DNA of 49,809 nucleotides from a virus (Duplodnaviria; Heunggongvirae; Uroviricota; Caudoviricetes): IMG/VR virus record IMGVR_UViG_2663762603_000001; one strand, 5' to 3'. Shown piece by piece: positions 49,639 to 49,809 of this stretch (position 1 is its first letter; each line of letters starts with the position of its first letter). The notes under the pieces were generated by a model. It saw only the letters and a program-made list of their open reading frames with translations, ran no database searches and was not told where the DNA came from. The position numbers and the translations under genes were made by a program.

Positions 49639-49809
49639 ATGGTCCGTCTGCCCCCTGTGGTGATGTCAGCAAAATCAGCCACTGCGCGAACCACAATAGC
49701 CCGGGAAGATGCTGAAGATCACCAGGTAAAGCTATCAGCGCAGAAACTGGAAGAACTGCTCGCATCAATGGTTAAGGATGAGGTTGATCGCAATGATGGG
49801 ATTTATTGA
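49639..49809 (+). CDS. small hypothetical protein ending at window edge
   Basis: 56 aa from ATG 49639 with GGAGG 10 nt upstream; stop TGA at 49807-49809. Confidence 0.35.
   Translation: MVRLPPVVMSAKSATARTTIAREDAEDHQVKLSAQKLEELLASMVKDEVDRNDGIY

Noticed and set aside
1-49809. CRISPR array or insertion sequence/transposase
   Set aside because: No regularly spaced short direct repeats with unique spacers and no transposase-like ORF; the repeats found are iterons, operator palindromes, the ~200-bp duplicated element and intragenic protein repeats.

Overview
This 49.8-kb window is almost entirely one lambdoid prophage in integrated gene order. Left to right: integrase and excisionase (minus strand, at window start), an early-left region with a large DEDDh-type exonuclease, a RacR/DicA-like repressor flanked by two copies of a TGAGAAAACTCA palindrome, Cro-like and cII-position genes, and an iteron-bearing replication initiator. 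Then comes a low-GC accessory island (SMEK-like protein; membrane protein + SAM methyltransferase operon), a hok-type toxin, DUF968/HNH-like protein, RusA, Q antiterminator with PR'/tR', an orphan N6-adenine DNA methyltransferase and a tRNA cluster (Ile-CAU, Arg-UCG, degenerate Arg-UCU). The slot where Stx phages carry stxAB holds only two diverged ~200-bp repeats and a small antisense ORF, followed by a NanS-p-like esterase and a phage-21-type lysis cassette with one extra gene. A second low-GC island carries a convergent, overlapping two-gene cassette (PD-(D/E)xK-like nuclease + 355-aa unknown), then a lambda-identical cosN and a lambda-like head/tail module (Nu1 through J, Lom, Stf, Tfa) with a lipoprotein moron between I and J and a SAM-methyltransferase moron flanked by duplicated tfa 3' ends. 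The best candidates for an undescribed system are the cassettes at about 22.3-24.4 kb and 8.5-11.4 kb. Everything here comes from reading the sequence and the supplied ORF track plus recalled family knowledge; no database search or fold prediction was run, and inferred start codons may be off by a few nucleotides.
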